From Eubacteriales bacterium (GTDB lineage: Bacteria; Bacillota; Clostridia; Oscillospirales; CAG-272), in assembly GCA_045577175.1 (NCBI GenBank), contig JAZNHT010000022.1, positions 481 to 64,480 on the forward strand: 64,000 nucleotides of DNA, written 5' to 3'. Both the position numbers and the translations under genes were made by a program. Shown piece after piece: positions 47,212 to 56,877 of the stretch. The notes beneath the pieces were generated by a model that saw only the letters and a program-made list of their open reading frames with translations, was not told the origin of the DNA and did no database searches. How positions within the stretch are numbered: the first letter of the stretch is position 1; every line of letters begins with the position of its first letter.

Positions 47212-47649
47212 ATGGAAATTGCTTTGATCGCTGACGACACCAAAAAGGAGCTTATGACGCAGTTCTGCATCGCATACTGCGGTATACTGAGCAAGCACAA
47301 CCTCTGTGCGACGAGCACAACGGGTAAATATATTGAAGAAGCTACGGGGCTTCGCGTAGAAAAACTGCTCTCCGGCACACACGGCGGCGAGCAGCAGATC
47401 ATGTCGCGCGTTTCGTACAACGAGATCGATGCGCTGATCTACTTCCGCAGCACCGCGCCCGATTTGTTTTACAAGGATGAGGAATACAATCTCCTTCGCA
47501 TGTGCGATATTCACAACGTCCCTGTTGCAACGAATATCGCTATGGCGGAGATCCTTGTCTGCGCCGTCGATCGCGGCGACCTCGACTGGCGCGAGATCGT
47601 CAATCCGAAATCGGATTACAACCGCCGCCGCCGCGGTCTGAGCGAATGA
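47212..47649 (+). CDS. mgsA: Methylglyoxal synthase-like protein with divergent active site
   Basis: IALIADDTKK, LCATSTTG, SGTHGGEQQI and CDIHNVPVATN. Confidence 0.8.
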   Translation: MEIALIADDTKKELMTQFCIAYCGILSKHNLCATSTTGKYIEEATGLRVEKLLSGTHGGEQQIMSRVSYNEIDALIYFRSTAPDLFYKDEEYNLLRMCDIHNVPVATNIAMAEILVCAVDRGDLDWREIVNPKSDYNRRRRGLSE

Positions 47650-48332
47650 GCCCGATGAAAACAAAAAAGAACGCCGCCTTTGCCCTTCGTGAAAAAGGGG
47701 CAGAGGCGGTTTCCCGTCTTGCCGCGCTGTATCCGGACGCGGTCTGCTCGCTCGAATACGGGGGCGATCCGTGGAAGCTGCTCGTCATGGCGCGCTTATC
47801 CGCACAGTGCACGGACGAGCGTGTGAATATCGTATGCAAGCCGATGTTTGCAGCAATCCCAGACGCTGAAACGATGGCACAAACGCCTCTTTCCGTGATT
47901 GAAGAATTTGTAAAGCCGTGCGGACTCTACCGCATGAAGGCGAAAAGCATCAAGGAAGCGAGCGAAATCCTCGTGCGCGAGTACGGCGGACGCGTCCCCG
48001 ACACAATGGAGGAGCTGCTCGCGCTCCCCGGCGTCGGGCGGAAGATTGCGAATCTTCTCCTCGGCGATATTTTCGGCAAGGGCGGCATCGTCGCGGACAC
48101 GCACTGTATGCGCATCATGGGACGGCTCGGCTTCTACCCCGAGGATCTGCGCGATCCCGTCAAGACGGAGCGCATCCTTTCGCCGATCATTGAACCGGCG
48201 GCGCAGTCGGATTTCTGCCACCGTCTTGTCCATTTCGGGCGCGAATACTGCACGGCACGCTCCCCCGTTTGCGAAAAGGGCGGGGAATGTCCGCTATCGG
48301 AGATTTGCGCGCACAACGGCAAAAAAGCATAA
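47646..48332 (+). CDS. nth: Endonuclease III
   Basis: LSAQCTDERVN, HhH LPGVGRKIAN, ADTH and C-terminal Cys cluster. Confidence 0.93.
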   Translation: MSPMKTKKNAAFALREKGAEAVSRLAALYPDAVCSLEYGGDPWKLLVMARLSAQCTDERVNIVCKPMFAAIPDAETMAQTPLSVIEEFVKPCGLYRMKAKSIKEASEILVREYGGRVPDTMEELLALPGVGRKIANLLLGDIFGKGGIVADTHCMRIMGRLGFYPEDLRDPVKTERILSPIIEPAAQSDFCHRLVHFGREYCTARSPVCEKGGECPLSEICAHNGKKA

Positions 48333-48350
48333 CACAAACAAGGAGCTACC

Positions 48351-48788
48351 ATGTACCGAGAACGGATTGCATCCCATATTCAAGGACACAATTGGGCGAA
48401 ACTGCAAGATCCTTGCCCCGAAAAAATGATTTCCCATGCGGAAAAGTACGTCGGCTTCAGATTCCCCGACGCACTGAAGGAATTGCTGCGGGAAACGAAC
48501 GGCGATCACTGGTTCCTTCTCTCCGCGGAAGACATCATTGAACACGTAAAAACCAACCGTAAAATATACCCCGAATACCTGGAGGCAGACGAATTTGAGG
48601 AGAAGATCAACCGCTTCGTTCCCTTTGCTACAAACGGCTGCGGTGATTATTACGGCTACCGCATCCTCCCGAATGGCGAAACAGACGCCACCGCCATATA
48701 CATATGGGAACACGAGCTTTTTGAATATCAAAAGGTTGCAGAAGATATCTCCGAACTGATCAACAAGTATTACAACGGCGAAGTTTAA
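48351..48788 (+). CDS. SMI1/KNR4 (SUKH) family protein
   Basis: AEKYVGFRFPDALKELLRETNG, PFATNGCGDYY and IYIWEHE. Confidence 0.85.
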   Translation: MYRERIASHIQGHNWAKLQDPCPEKMISHAEKYVGFRFPDALKELLRETNGDHWFLLSAEDIIEHVKTNRKIYPEYLEADEFEEKINRFVPFATNGCGDYYGYRILPNGETDATAIYIWEHELFEYQKVAEDISELINKYYNGEV

Positions 48789-48869
48789 TTCACCGAAATC
48801 CAATGGGTGAAAACATCCTCAGACCAATGCGTGATGTTCTCAGCGGAGAAATCATAATTCGATTTGCTC

Positions 48870-49440
48870 GTAGGGCGGGGGCTTGCTCCCGCCGCATACA
48901 GAAACCCCGACAGATTTTCAAGGTCTGTCGGGGTTCGTTTTATTGAGTTCAATAAATTGGAATTTCTCAATTGTTTCTGTTCTTCAAATTGTTCTCGTTT
49001 TCTGACTTGTTTTTATCATACCATTCATCCGGATAACTTGGTGTATCAGTGGCTTCAAACATATAGCAAAAAGCATCTCCGGTTTCCAAATCACTATTAA
49101 ACGGACACTCATATCCCATTTTATCTGCCATAGCATAAGCATTTAGTTTGGTTTTCCATTGTTCGCACCAATCGTGAATGTGAAAACTTCCATCATTACT
49201 GAGTAAGACAGAATGATACTTTTTACAATTCATGCAAGTTTTCTTCATACAGAGTAAACCTCCTTGGTAAATTTGAACAGTTCGTCAAATCCTTATTTAT
49301 CGTTCTGTTTTTTCGCCAGTTTCGCCATTGTATTACAGTGGCATAGGCAAAGCCCGTACCCCTTTGTAGGGCGAGGGTTTACTCCCGCCGCCTTATTGAC
49401 TTAAATTTCATGTTACGGCGGGAGCAAGCCCCCGCCCTAC
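48870..49440. repeat. GTAG-type REP units (three copies)
   Basis: GTAGGGCGGGGGCTTGCTCCCGCCG at 48870-48894, variant at 49366-49390, exact reverse complement at 49416-49440. Confidence 0.85.
48967..49248 (-). CDS. Small Cys-rich hypothetical protein
   Basis: AAGGAGG RBS; 93 aa with CMNC..C..C..C; AT-rich. Confidence 0.7.
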   Translation of the reverse strand: MKKTCMNCKKYHSVLLSNDGSFHIHDWCEQWKTKLNAYAMADKMGYECPFNSDLETGDAFCYMFEATDTPSYPDEWYDKNKSENENNLKNRNN

Positions 49441-49536
49441 GATGTAGCCACATTATAACACAAATCGGTTCTCTGCCGAATTCTTTGCCTGCCATTTCTC
49501 CGTTAAGGACAACAGCGACAGCGTCTGCGGTTTTCT

Positions 49537-50370
49537 TTATTTTTTCAGCAAATCCCCCAGATTCTCACAGATGAACGCGTCAAAATACCGCCGGCACGCG
49601 GCGTATTCCTCCTTCGTTTTCACCGTCCATGCGAACGTCGCGGCGCCGAGCTTCCGGCACAGGCGCACGGGAAGCGATCCGCCGTAGACGTGGCGCACCG
49701 CCACAAAATCGGGACGGGCGAGGAAGTTCAGAAGCAGCCCCTGCAATACATATCCGAGAAGTCCTCGCTTCTCGCCGTCCTTGCGGAATTTCGTCGTCAG
49801 AACGCCGCGCATGACGTGCGGTGCGAGCGTTCTGTACCGCGCGACGAGCAAGGGATTAAACGACTCGACACAGTATGCGCCGCTGTAGTTTTCCAAAATC
49901 GGCATGGCGGCGTCCGCAAGCGCGGTGTCAGCCGTCTCGCCCTTTAATTCCACAATTAGCGGCACTCTGCCGCCGACGAGGGAAAGCACCTCACGGAGCG
50001 TCGGGATGCGCTCGCCTGTAGAAAGAAGCGTCATCGCCGTGAGCTCGTCCGCGCGCATCGATTCAACCCGGCGGTCGTCGCCGCACATCCGCGCAAGCGT
50101 CCTGTCGTGGAACACGATCACCTCGCCGTCCGCAGTGAGGTGGATGTCCAGCTCAATCCCCACGCCGCGCTTCACGGCACGGCGGAAGGCGGCAAGCGAA
50201 TTTTCGGGGACGCGCACATTGTCGTATTCCCCACGGTGCGCGTACACCTGTGCGAGAAACGGCGTAAAATTCCGTCTCGCACCGCGTCTCGGCGCGATCA
50301 GAAACAGATAGATTGCGAAAGCGGCGACAAGAGCCGCCGCTGTAAGGATAAAAACCAGCATATCAGTCAT
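49537..50370 (-). CDS. Glycerophosphodiester phosphodiesterase
   Basis: AHRG, PENSLAAF, IELDIH, VFHD and VELK. Confidence 0.9.
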   Translation of the reverse strand: MTDMLVFILTAAALVAAFAIYLFLIAPRRGARRNFTPFLAQVYAHRGEYDNVRVPENSLAAFRRAVKRGVGIELDIHLTADGEVIVFHDRTLARMCGDDRRVESMRADELTAMTLLSTGERIPTLREVLSLVGGRVPLIVELKGETADTALADAAMPILENYSGAYCVESFNPLLVARYRTLAPHVMRGVLTTKFRKDGEKRGLLGYVLQGLLLNFLARPDFVAVRHVYGGSLPVRLCRKLGAATFAWTVKTKEEYAACRRYFDAFICENLGDLLKK

Positions 50371-51646
50371 CCGTATCGAAATTCTCAAGCACCGACTTCT
50401 TCGCCGCAGGCTTGCTGTCGCCGTGGTGCACCTGCCACATCGTAAAGAGCGCGGCGGCAGAGAACACGACCGCATACGGGAACAGCGCACGGTATCCGAT
50501 CGCCTGGATGATCGCGCCTGACAGAATCGGCGTGACGATCTGCGCCGCCATAGAGAACGTGTAGTAGATGCCCGTGTATTTGCCGACGTCGGCACCGCTG
50601 CTCATCTCGACCACCATCGGGTACGAATTGACGTTGATCGCCGCCCAGCCGATGCCGATCACGCCCATCACGGCGTAGATGATCGGGCTGTATTCGGTGA
50701 GCACGAATCCGCACAGATACGCCGCGGTCATAATCAAAACGCCAAACAGGATGACCTTCTTCCGCCCGAAGCGGGAGGAGAGGATACCGATCGGGATATA
50801 GCTGACCGTGGCAACGATCGTGGCGACGAGCATCATGGACGAGCCGGTTTTCTCGCTGATATTCCAGACCTCAAGCACGTAGCGGGAATACACAGTCGAG
50901 ACCGCATTGTACGCGATATACCAAAGCGCGACGGACAGAAGAATAAAAATCAGACTGCGGCGCACCTCGGGAGAAAGTCTGCCGCCTGTTTTTTCCGCCT
51001 CCGCCTCGCCCTCGTATTTGGCTGCCTCGGCGGCGAGCTTGTTCTCACGAATCGTCAGAACGAGCACGATCGCCGCAAGCACCATAAATCCGCCGATGAT
51101 GGCGAACACGGTGTGATAACCGGCAGGCTTCGTTCTCGTCGTTTTATCAATCTCGGGAAGCAGAAACATGATGATGAGATAGGTAAAAATGCCGCCGAGC
51201 GCGCCCATCAGATTGATGACGGCATTGCCCGCGCTGCGAAGCGGCTTCGGCGTCACGTCGGGCATGAGCGCAACGGCAGGGGATCGGTATGTCGCCATCG
51301 CAAGCAGAAGAAGTGCCAGTGCCACGACAAACAAGGGCAGATTCTTCGCCCAGTCCGCACGCGGAACGATCACCATCAGAATCGCGGCGGCAAACGTGCC
51401 TGCCAGAATGAACGGCGTTCGCTTGCCGAGGCGCGTGCTTGCGCGATCGGACAGCGTACCGAACAAGGGCAGAAGAAAGACGGCGAGGACGTTATCCGCC
51501 GCCATGACGATGCCCGTCACCGTTTCGGAAAAATCGAACGTGTATTCCAGAATCAGCGGCACAACGTAATCGTACAGCTGCCAGAACGCGCAGATCGACA
51601 TAAACGCAAGACCTACGAGAAACGTGCGCTTGTAGTTCAGCTTCAT
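50363..51646 (-). CDS. MFS transporter (SLC45/maltose-transporter-like)
   Basis: 12-TM pattern; FGTLSDRASTRLGKRTPFI and RSPAVALMPD. Confidence 0.9.
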   Translation of the reverse strand: MKLNYKRTFLVGLAFMSICAFWQLYDYVVPLILEYTFDFSETVTGIVMAADNVLAVFLLPLFGTLSDRASTRLGKRTPFILAGTFAAAILMVIVPRADWAKNLPLFVVALALLLLAMATYRSPAVALMPDVTPKPLRSAGNAVINLMGALGGIFTYLIIMFLLPEIDKTTRTKPAGYHTVFAIIGGFMVLAAIVLVLTIRENKLAAEAAKYEGEAEAEKTGGRLSPEVRRSLIFILLSVALWYIAYNAVSTVYSRYVLEVWNISEKTGSSMMLVATIVATVSYIPIGILSSRFGRKKVILFGVLIMTAAYLCGFVLTEYSPIIYAVMGVIGIGWAAINVNSYPMVVEMSSGADVGKYTGIYYTFSMAAQIVTPILSGAIIQAIGYRALFPYAVVFSAAALFTMWQVHHGDSKPAAKKSVLENFDTDD

Positions 51647-51664
51647 ACTTCCTCCGTTAAGCGA

Positions 51665-52927
51665 TCAGCGAATCTGACCGCTTCCGTTTATGAGATATTT
51701 TTCAGTAGTCAGCGCCGTCAGCCCCATCGGACCGCGCGCGTGTAGCTTCTGCGTGGAGATACCGAGCTCCGCACCGAAGCCGAACTCGCCGCCGTCGGTG
51801 AATCTTGTGGAGGCGTTGACGTACACCGCCGCGGCGTCCACGGCGGACTGGAAATGCTCGGCCGCCAAAAGATTATTCGTAACGATCGCCTCGCTGTGCC
51901 CGGTGCCGTATCGGTTGATGTGCTCTACGACCTCTGCCATATGATGGACTACCTTCACCGCGACGATCAGATCGTTGTATTCCGTCTCCCAATCTTCCTC
52001 GGTTGCCGGGGTAACGTCGGGCAGGATTTCAAGCGTGCGCGCGCAGCCGCGGATCTCGCACTTCGCCTCGTCCAGTGCTTCCTTCAGCCGCGGCAGAAAC
52101 GTCGGCGCAATCGCACTGTCCACGAGGATCGTTTCACAGGCGTTGCAGACAGACGGGCGGGAAACCTTCGCATTGTACGCGATCTTTACTGCCTCGTCCA
52201 CATTCGCATCGTAATGCACGTACAGATGGCAGTTGCCGGCACCCGTTTCAATAACGGGTACGCGCGCGTTCTCCACAACGGAACGGATCAGTCCCTTGCC
52301 GCCGCGCGGCACGAGCACGTCGATCAGCCCGCGCATCTGCATGAGCGCGGAAGCGGAATCGCGCGTGGTATTCTCGATCAAACAGACAGCGTCTGCGGCG
52401 TGCTTACAAATCGTCTCCGCGATCGCCTGTCTGGCAAGCGCAACGACGGCACGGTTGGATTCGATCGCCTCCTTACCGCCGCGCAGAACGACAGCGTTAC
52501 CGCTTTTGATACAGAGCGCGGCGACGTCTGCGGCGACGTTCGGGCGTGCCTCAAAAATCACGCCGACAACGCCCATCGGCACGCGCACGCGGCGGATAAC
52601 CAATCCGTTCGGGCGCGTCCAGCAGTCGCCCTTGCCGATCGGATCGTCAAGACGGGCGATGTCCTCCGCCCCCTTTGCCATGCCGTCGATGCGTGCCTCG
52701 GTGAGACGCAATCGGTCAAGCATCGTATCGCGGACGCCGTTTTCTTTGGCATTGGCAAGATCCTGCTCATTCGCGGCAAGGATCGCCGCCGTGTTTTCCC
52801 GAAGCAGGTGCGCAAAGCACAGGAGTGCTTCGTTCTTCTTCTCCGTCCGTGCGGATGCAAGCGCGGCGGCACAGGCGCGTGCTCTCTCACACAAAGCGCG
52901 GACTTCTTCAAACACGCGATCTTCCAT
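51665..52927 (-). CDS. proA: Gamma-glutamyl phosphate reductase
   Basis: FEARPNV, GAGNCH, RPSVCNA and NASTRFTDGGEFGFGAELGISTQKLHARGP. Confidence 0.97.
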   Translation of the reverse strand: MEDRVFEEVRALCERARACAAALASARTEKKNEALLCFAHLLRENTAAILAANEQDLANAKENGVRDTMLDRLRLTEARIDGMAKGAEDIARLDDPIGKGDCWTRPNGLVIRRVRVPMGVVGVIFEARPNVAADVAALCIKSGNAVVLRGGKEAIESNRAVVALARQAIAETICKHAADAVCLIENTTRDSASALMQMRGLIDVLVPRGGKGLIRSVVENARVPVIETGAGNCHLYVHYDANVDEAVKIAYNAKVSRPSVCNACETILVDSAIAPTFLPRLKEALDEAKCEIRGCARTLEILPDVTPATEEDWETEYNDLIVAVKVVHHMAEVVEHINRYGTGHSEAIVTNNLLAAEHFQSAVDAAAVYVNASTRFTDGGEFGFGAELGISTQKLHARGPMGLTALTTEKYLINGSGQIR

Positions 52928-53727
52928 CAGTTTTCCGCCTTTCCTTTCACGGCAAAATACGTACCCGTATGACCGCCGTCGAAAATATTATACAGAACGC
53001 GCGGATCGCGTCCGTTCAGAATCATCATGGGGATGCCTGCGGCGGTCGAAATCTGCGCCGCCTTCAGCTTCGTAATCATACCGCCCGTGCCGCGATTGGT
53101 GCCGACACCGCCCGCGCAGGCGAGGATTTCGTCGGTGATCTCCTCAACCGTTTCAATGAGCTTCGCATCCTTGTTCTTTCTCGGATCGCTGTCGTACAGA
53201 CCGTCGATGTCGCTGAGATTGACGAGCAGATCGGCATCGCAGATCATGGCAACGTAGGCGGATAGCGTGTCGTTACCGCCGAATTTGATCCCCTCATAGG
53301 AGACGGAGTCGTTTTCGTTGACGATCGGGATACAGCCGAAGCCGATGAGCTTGCCGAACGTGGATTTCGCCAGTGCGAGACGGTTTTCGTCATCGACAAC
53401 GTCCTTCGTGACAAGAATCTGCCCGACGGGGTGCCCGTAAATAGCGAAAAGACGCTCGTACAGGCGCATGATTTCGCACTGACCGACGGCGGCAAGCGCC
53501 TGCTTCTCCTCCGTGGTGCGATCGGCAATCTCCAACCCGAGACGGCTCGTGCCCGCCGATACCGCGCCCGAGGAAACGAGCACGACCTCGCGTCCGGCGT
53601 TTCTCATATCGGACAGAACGCGCACCAGCGTTTCGATACGGCGGATGTTCAGTTTTCCCGACGGATATGTAAGCGTGGAGGTACCGATTTTGACCACAAC
53701 ACGCCGAAATTTCTCATTCTGCTCCAT
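52927..53727 (-). CDS. proB: Glutamate 5-kinase (no PUA domain)
   Basis: VVKIGTSTL, VSSGAV, NENDSV and GTGGMITK. Confidence 0.95.
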   Translation of the reverse strand: MEQNEKFRRVVVKIGTSTLTYPSGKLNIRRIETLVRVLSDMRNAGREVVLVSSGAVSAGTSRLGLEIADRTTEEKQALAAVGQCEIMRLYERLFAIYGHPVGQILVTKDVVDDENRLALAKSTFGKLIGFGCIPIVNENDSVSYEGIKFGGNDTLSAYVAMICDADLLVNLSDIDGLYDSDPRKNKDAKLIETVEEITDEILACAGGVGTNRGTGGMITKLKAAQISTAAGIPMMILNGRDPRVLYNIFDGGHTGTYFAVKGKAEN

Positions 53728-53933
53728 AATTGTCTGTTTTTTCTCCGATTTCCTAAAAAATTTTACATGATTTTTTCAAAATGTATTTCATTTGCGCGCA
53801 GAATATATTATAATTAAAGATGAGTATTTATGGGATCGCGCGCATCTCTCTTAAAATTATATCACACTCTGGTAAGAAATCAAGAGGAAAGCGGCAATCT
53901 ACCCCAAATTTTCAAAAAACGGAGACATCAGCT

Positions 53934-54530
53934 ATGGAAATGAAACAGAAATACAATTTGGAAATCGCGGGCATTCAGCTCTCGATCCTCTCCGACGAAT
54001 CGGAGGATTTCGTAAAGGAGCTTGTCGCAAATCTGGACACGCAGATCACCGATCTCACCGTACATAACAAGCGCTGTGCAAAAATCGACGCGGCAATCCT
54101 TATTGCGCTGGACGCCATGGGTGAGAAAATCAAGCTGGAGAAAAAGCTGAAGAATCTCGAAGCGCAGGTAGCGCTGTACGAGGCAAATCTGCGCCGTCAG
54201 CGTGCGGAGAGCGCACCGGAGGAAAAGGAAGCAGAGGCAACGGCGGAGATTTCCGAAGAAAAGCCTGCCGAGCCCGAGAAGCCGAAAAAGGCTCCCGCCA
54301 GAAAAAAAGCACTCTCCCAGATGACGATCGAGGAGACCGCACCGAAGGAGGAGGGAGATGACGCAACCGCACCTCTCCGCTCCGACAAAATCCGTCAGAT
54401 CGAATCTCTCCTGCGCACGCAGAGCGAGGACAAGCCCAAAAGCGGAAAGCTCGCCGAAATCGAGCAGCTTCTGCGCGAGGGCGGAAAGGCTTCCCTCAGC
54501 GAAGCTCTGACCGATGCCGCGGATGACTGA
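53934..54530 (+). CDS. zapA: ZapA-family protein with C-terminal extension
   Basis: LEIAGIQLSILSDESEDFVKELVANLD..AILIALD followed by a coiled coil. Confidence 0.75.
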   Translation: MEMKQKYNLEIAGIQLSILSDESEDFVKELVANLDTQITDLTVHNKRCAKIDAAILIALDAMGEKIKLEKKLKNLEAQVALYEANLRRQRAESAPEEKEAEATAEISEEKPAEPEKPKKAPARKKALSQMTIEETAPKEEGDDATAPLRSDKIRQIESLLRTQSEDKPKSGKLAEIEQLLREGGKASLSEALTDAADD

Positions 54531-56613
54531 GAAAATCCCCGATCTGCACAAGCAGATCGAACTGCTCGCCCCTGCCGGATCGCCCGAGGCACTTGCCGCC
54601 GCAATCGAGGGTGGTGCGGACGCGGTGTATTTCGGCGCGACCAATTTCAGCGCACGGATGCGCGCCCGCAATTTCAGCGAAAACGAGCTAGACGACGCGA
54701 TCACGCTCTGCCGTGCGCACGGTGTGAAATCGTACATCACAGTCAACACGAGAGTGCGCGACACGGAGATTCTGCCCGACGGGAAAAATCTCCCCCCGCT
54801 TTATGAAACGCTATCCGGTCTCTGTCGGGCGGACGCCCTCATCGTGGCAGATCTCGGCGCGGCATCTCTGATAAGAGAGTGCTTCCCCGATATGGAGCTG
54901 CACGCGAGCACACAGCTTTCGGGCGTCTCCTCCGAGGATGCCGCGGCGCTCAAAGCGCTCGGCTTTTCGCGCATGGTTTGTCCGCGTGAGCTTTCCCTCG
55001 CACAGATCACCACGCTCTGCGACCGCTCCCCTCTGGAGATTGAAATGTTCATCCACGGCGCGCACTGTGTGTCGTTTTCGGGACAGTGTATGCTCAGCTA
55101 CGCCATGGGCGGACGAAGCGGCAACCGCGGCGAATGTGCCCAGCCGTGCCGCCTTCCGTACACCGTATCGGGCAAGGGCGGCGTATCGCTGTCGCAGTAT
55201 CCCTTGAGTCTCAAGGATATGTGCCTCGCTTCACACATCCGCGAGATTCTTTTAAGCGGCGTCACCTCATTGAAGATCGAAGGGCGGCAGAAATCCGCCG
55301 ACTACGTCTGGGGCGTGACGAAAATGTACCGAAAGCTCCTCGACGGGCGGCGCGACGCGACGGCGGAGGAAATCGAAACTCTCGCCGCACTGTTCAGCCG
55401 CGACGGATTCACGGACGGCTATCTGAGGCAGTCCTTCCGCTCCATGCTCGGTATCCGCCGAGAGGAGGACACCGAAAACAGCAAATCGGCGGAAAGTTTC
55501 CCGGGACTAACAAAAAAAGTGCCGCTGACGGCACATCTGACGGTCAGACGGGATACACCCGTATCCCTCTCGCTGACGGCAAACGGATACACCGTGACCG
55601 CCGCCTCGAAGGACATCGCCGCACCGGCGAAATCCGCACCGCTGACGGCAGAGCTGGCGGAGAAAAACATCGGAAAGCTCGGCGGCACGCCATACGTTTT
55701 GGAATCGTTCACCGCCGATATTGACGACGGACTGTTTCTGACGACGGCACAGCTGAACGGACTTCGCCGCACGGCTTTGCACGCGCTGACGGGAGGCTCC
55801 GCCGGAGCCCGACTGCCTGCGTTGCGTGAGAAATCCGCGTACACGCCGCCTGCCGTACCGCTTCTGACGGCGGAATTTCTCTCTGCGGCACAGATCCCCT
55901 CTGAGGCGGAATCGTTTTTTGACGAAATCTCCCTGCCGCTCCACTGCCGCACGAAGCATTTCGGCGTGACGCTTCCCGAATACGCGCCCGACGGGCGGAT
56001 GGGACAGCTTCGTGCCGCGCTCTCCTTGGCGAAGCCCTCTTCCGTGATCGCGCACAGCCCCGCACAGATAAAGCTCGCCGCCGAAATGGGGATTCCCGTA
56101 TCGGCATCGCTCAGGCTGAACGTGTTCAACAGCCTGTGCGCCGAGGAAATTCTGAAAATGGGGTGCACGTCTGTCACACCGTCGCCCGAGCTCCCCCTCG
56201 GCGCGATCCGCGCGATCCGTCATCCGAAATCCGTGACCGTGTACGGACGGCTTCCGCTCATGCTCACCCTCCGCTGTGCCATCTCGGACGGCGGTGCATC
56301 GTGCGCCTTCTGCCGCGCAGGCGGATTTGCCGAGGCGGATACGGTGGAGAAAAACCATCTCTGTCTTGCGGCTCTGAAGGATCGCACAGGTGCATCCTTC
56401 CCTCTCGTGGGAATGTACGACTGCACGAACGTGCTCTATAACAGCGTGCCCATCTGGATGGCAGACAAGCAGAAAACGCTTGCCTCCCTCGGTGCCGCAC
56501 GGTATCATTTTCTGTTCACAACCGAAACGAAGGACGAGGTGCGCGAAATCCTCCTCGCATGGAAAAACGGACGCGCCCCCGCCGATCCTTCCAAAATCCG
56601 ACGACTGAAATAA
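54523..56613 (+). CDS. U32 peptidase family protein (RlhA-like, long form)
   Basis: ELLAPAG, GADAVYFG, HASTQ, HGAHCVSFSGQC, RSGNRGECAQPCR and LKIEGR. Confidence 0.9.
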   Translation: MTEKIPDLHKQIELLAPAGSPEALAAAIEGGADAVYFGATNFSARMRARNFSENELDDAITLCRAHGVKSYITVNTRVRDTEILPDGKNLPPLYETLSGLCRADALIVADLGAASLIRECFPDMELHASTQLSGVSSEDAAALKALGFSRMVCPRELSLAQITTLCDRSPLEIEMFIHGAHCVSFSGQCMLSYAMGGRSGNRGECAQPCRLPYTVSGKGGVSLSQYPLSLKDMCLASHIREILLSGVTSLKIEGRQKSADYVWGVTKMYRKLLDGRRDATAEEIETLAALFSRDGFTDGYLRQSFRSMLGIRREEDTENSKSAESFPGLTKKVPLTAHLTVRRDTPVSLSLTANGYTVTAASKDIAAPAKSAPLTAELAEKNIGKLGGTPYVLESFTADIDDGLFLTTAQLNGLRRTALHALTGGSAGARLPALREKSAYTPPAVPLLTAEFLSAAQIPSEAESFFDEISLPLHCRTKHFGVTLPEYAPDGRMGQLRAALSLAKPSSVIAHSPAQIKLAAEMGIPVSASLRLNVFNSLCAEEILKMGCTSVTPSPELPLGAIRAIRHPKSVTVYGRLPLMLTLRCAISDGGASCAFCRAGGFAEADTVEKNHLCLAALKDRTGASFPLVGMYDCTNVLYNSVPIWMADKQKTLASLGAARYHFLFTTETKDEVREILLAWKNGRAPADPSKIRRLK

Positions 56614-56659
56614 TACTCCCAATACCCTTTTGTGTTTCCGATACGTTTTTAACATCGCA

Positions 56660-56808
56660 AAAGCCTCTCCCCGAGATGCGGAGCATCTCGATGGGAGAGG
56701 TGGCGCACCGAAGGTGTGACGGAGAGGGGCAACAATCAGATTGAGTGAAACACATCGTTTTTCCCTCTCAGTCAGCTGCGCTGACAGCTCTCCCCAAGGG
56801 CGAGCCTT
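56660..56808. repeat. Composite REP-like/MITE-like element, family A, copy 2 (inverted relative to 7372-7533)
   Basis: 37-bp exact inverse identity with 7469-7505; CCCTCTCAGTCAGC..GCTGACAGCTCTCCC half. Confidence 0.8.
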
Positions 56809-56877
56809 CATACAGATACACCCTCAACCGGAAACACATTGTTAAAACGGGATAAATCAAAAATAAAGGAGACTATC

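Noticed and set aside
48329-49464. 10-bp direct repeat ATAACACAAA flanking the SMI1 plus Cys-rich block as a target-site duplication
   Set aside because: Low-complexity A-rich 10-mer; the second copy is explained by a minus-strand TG-N-TATAAT promoter element.
53728-53933. T-box leader for proBA
   Set aside because: No T-box consensus (AAnnnGGGTGGnACC) or terminator is visible; it looks like a plain divergent promoter region.
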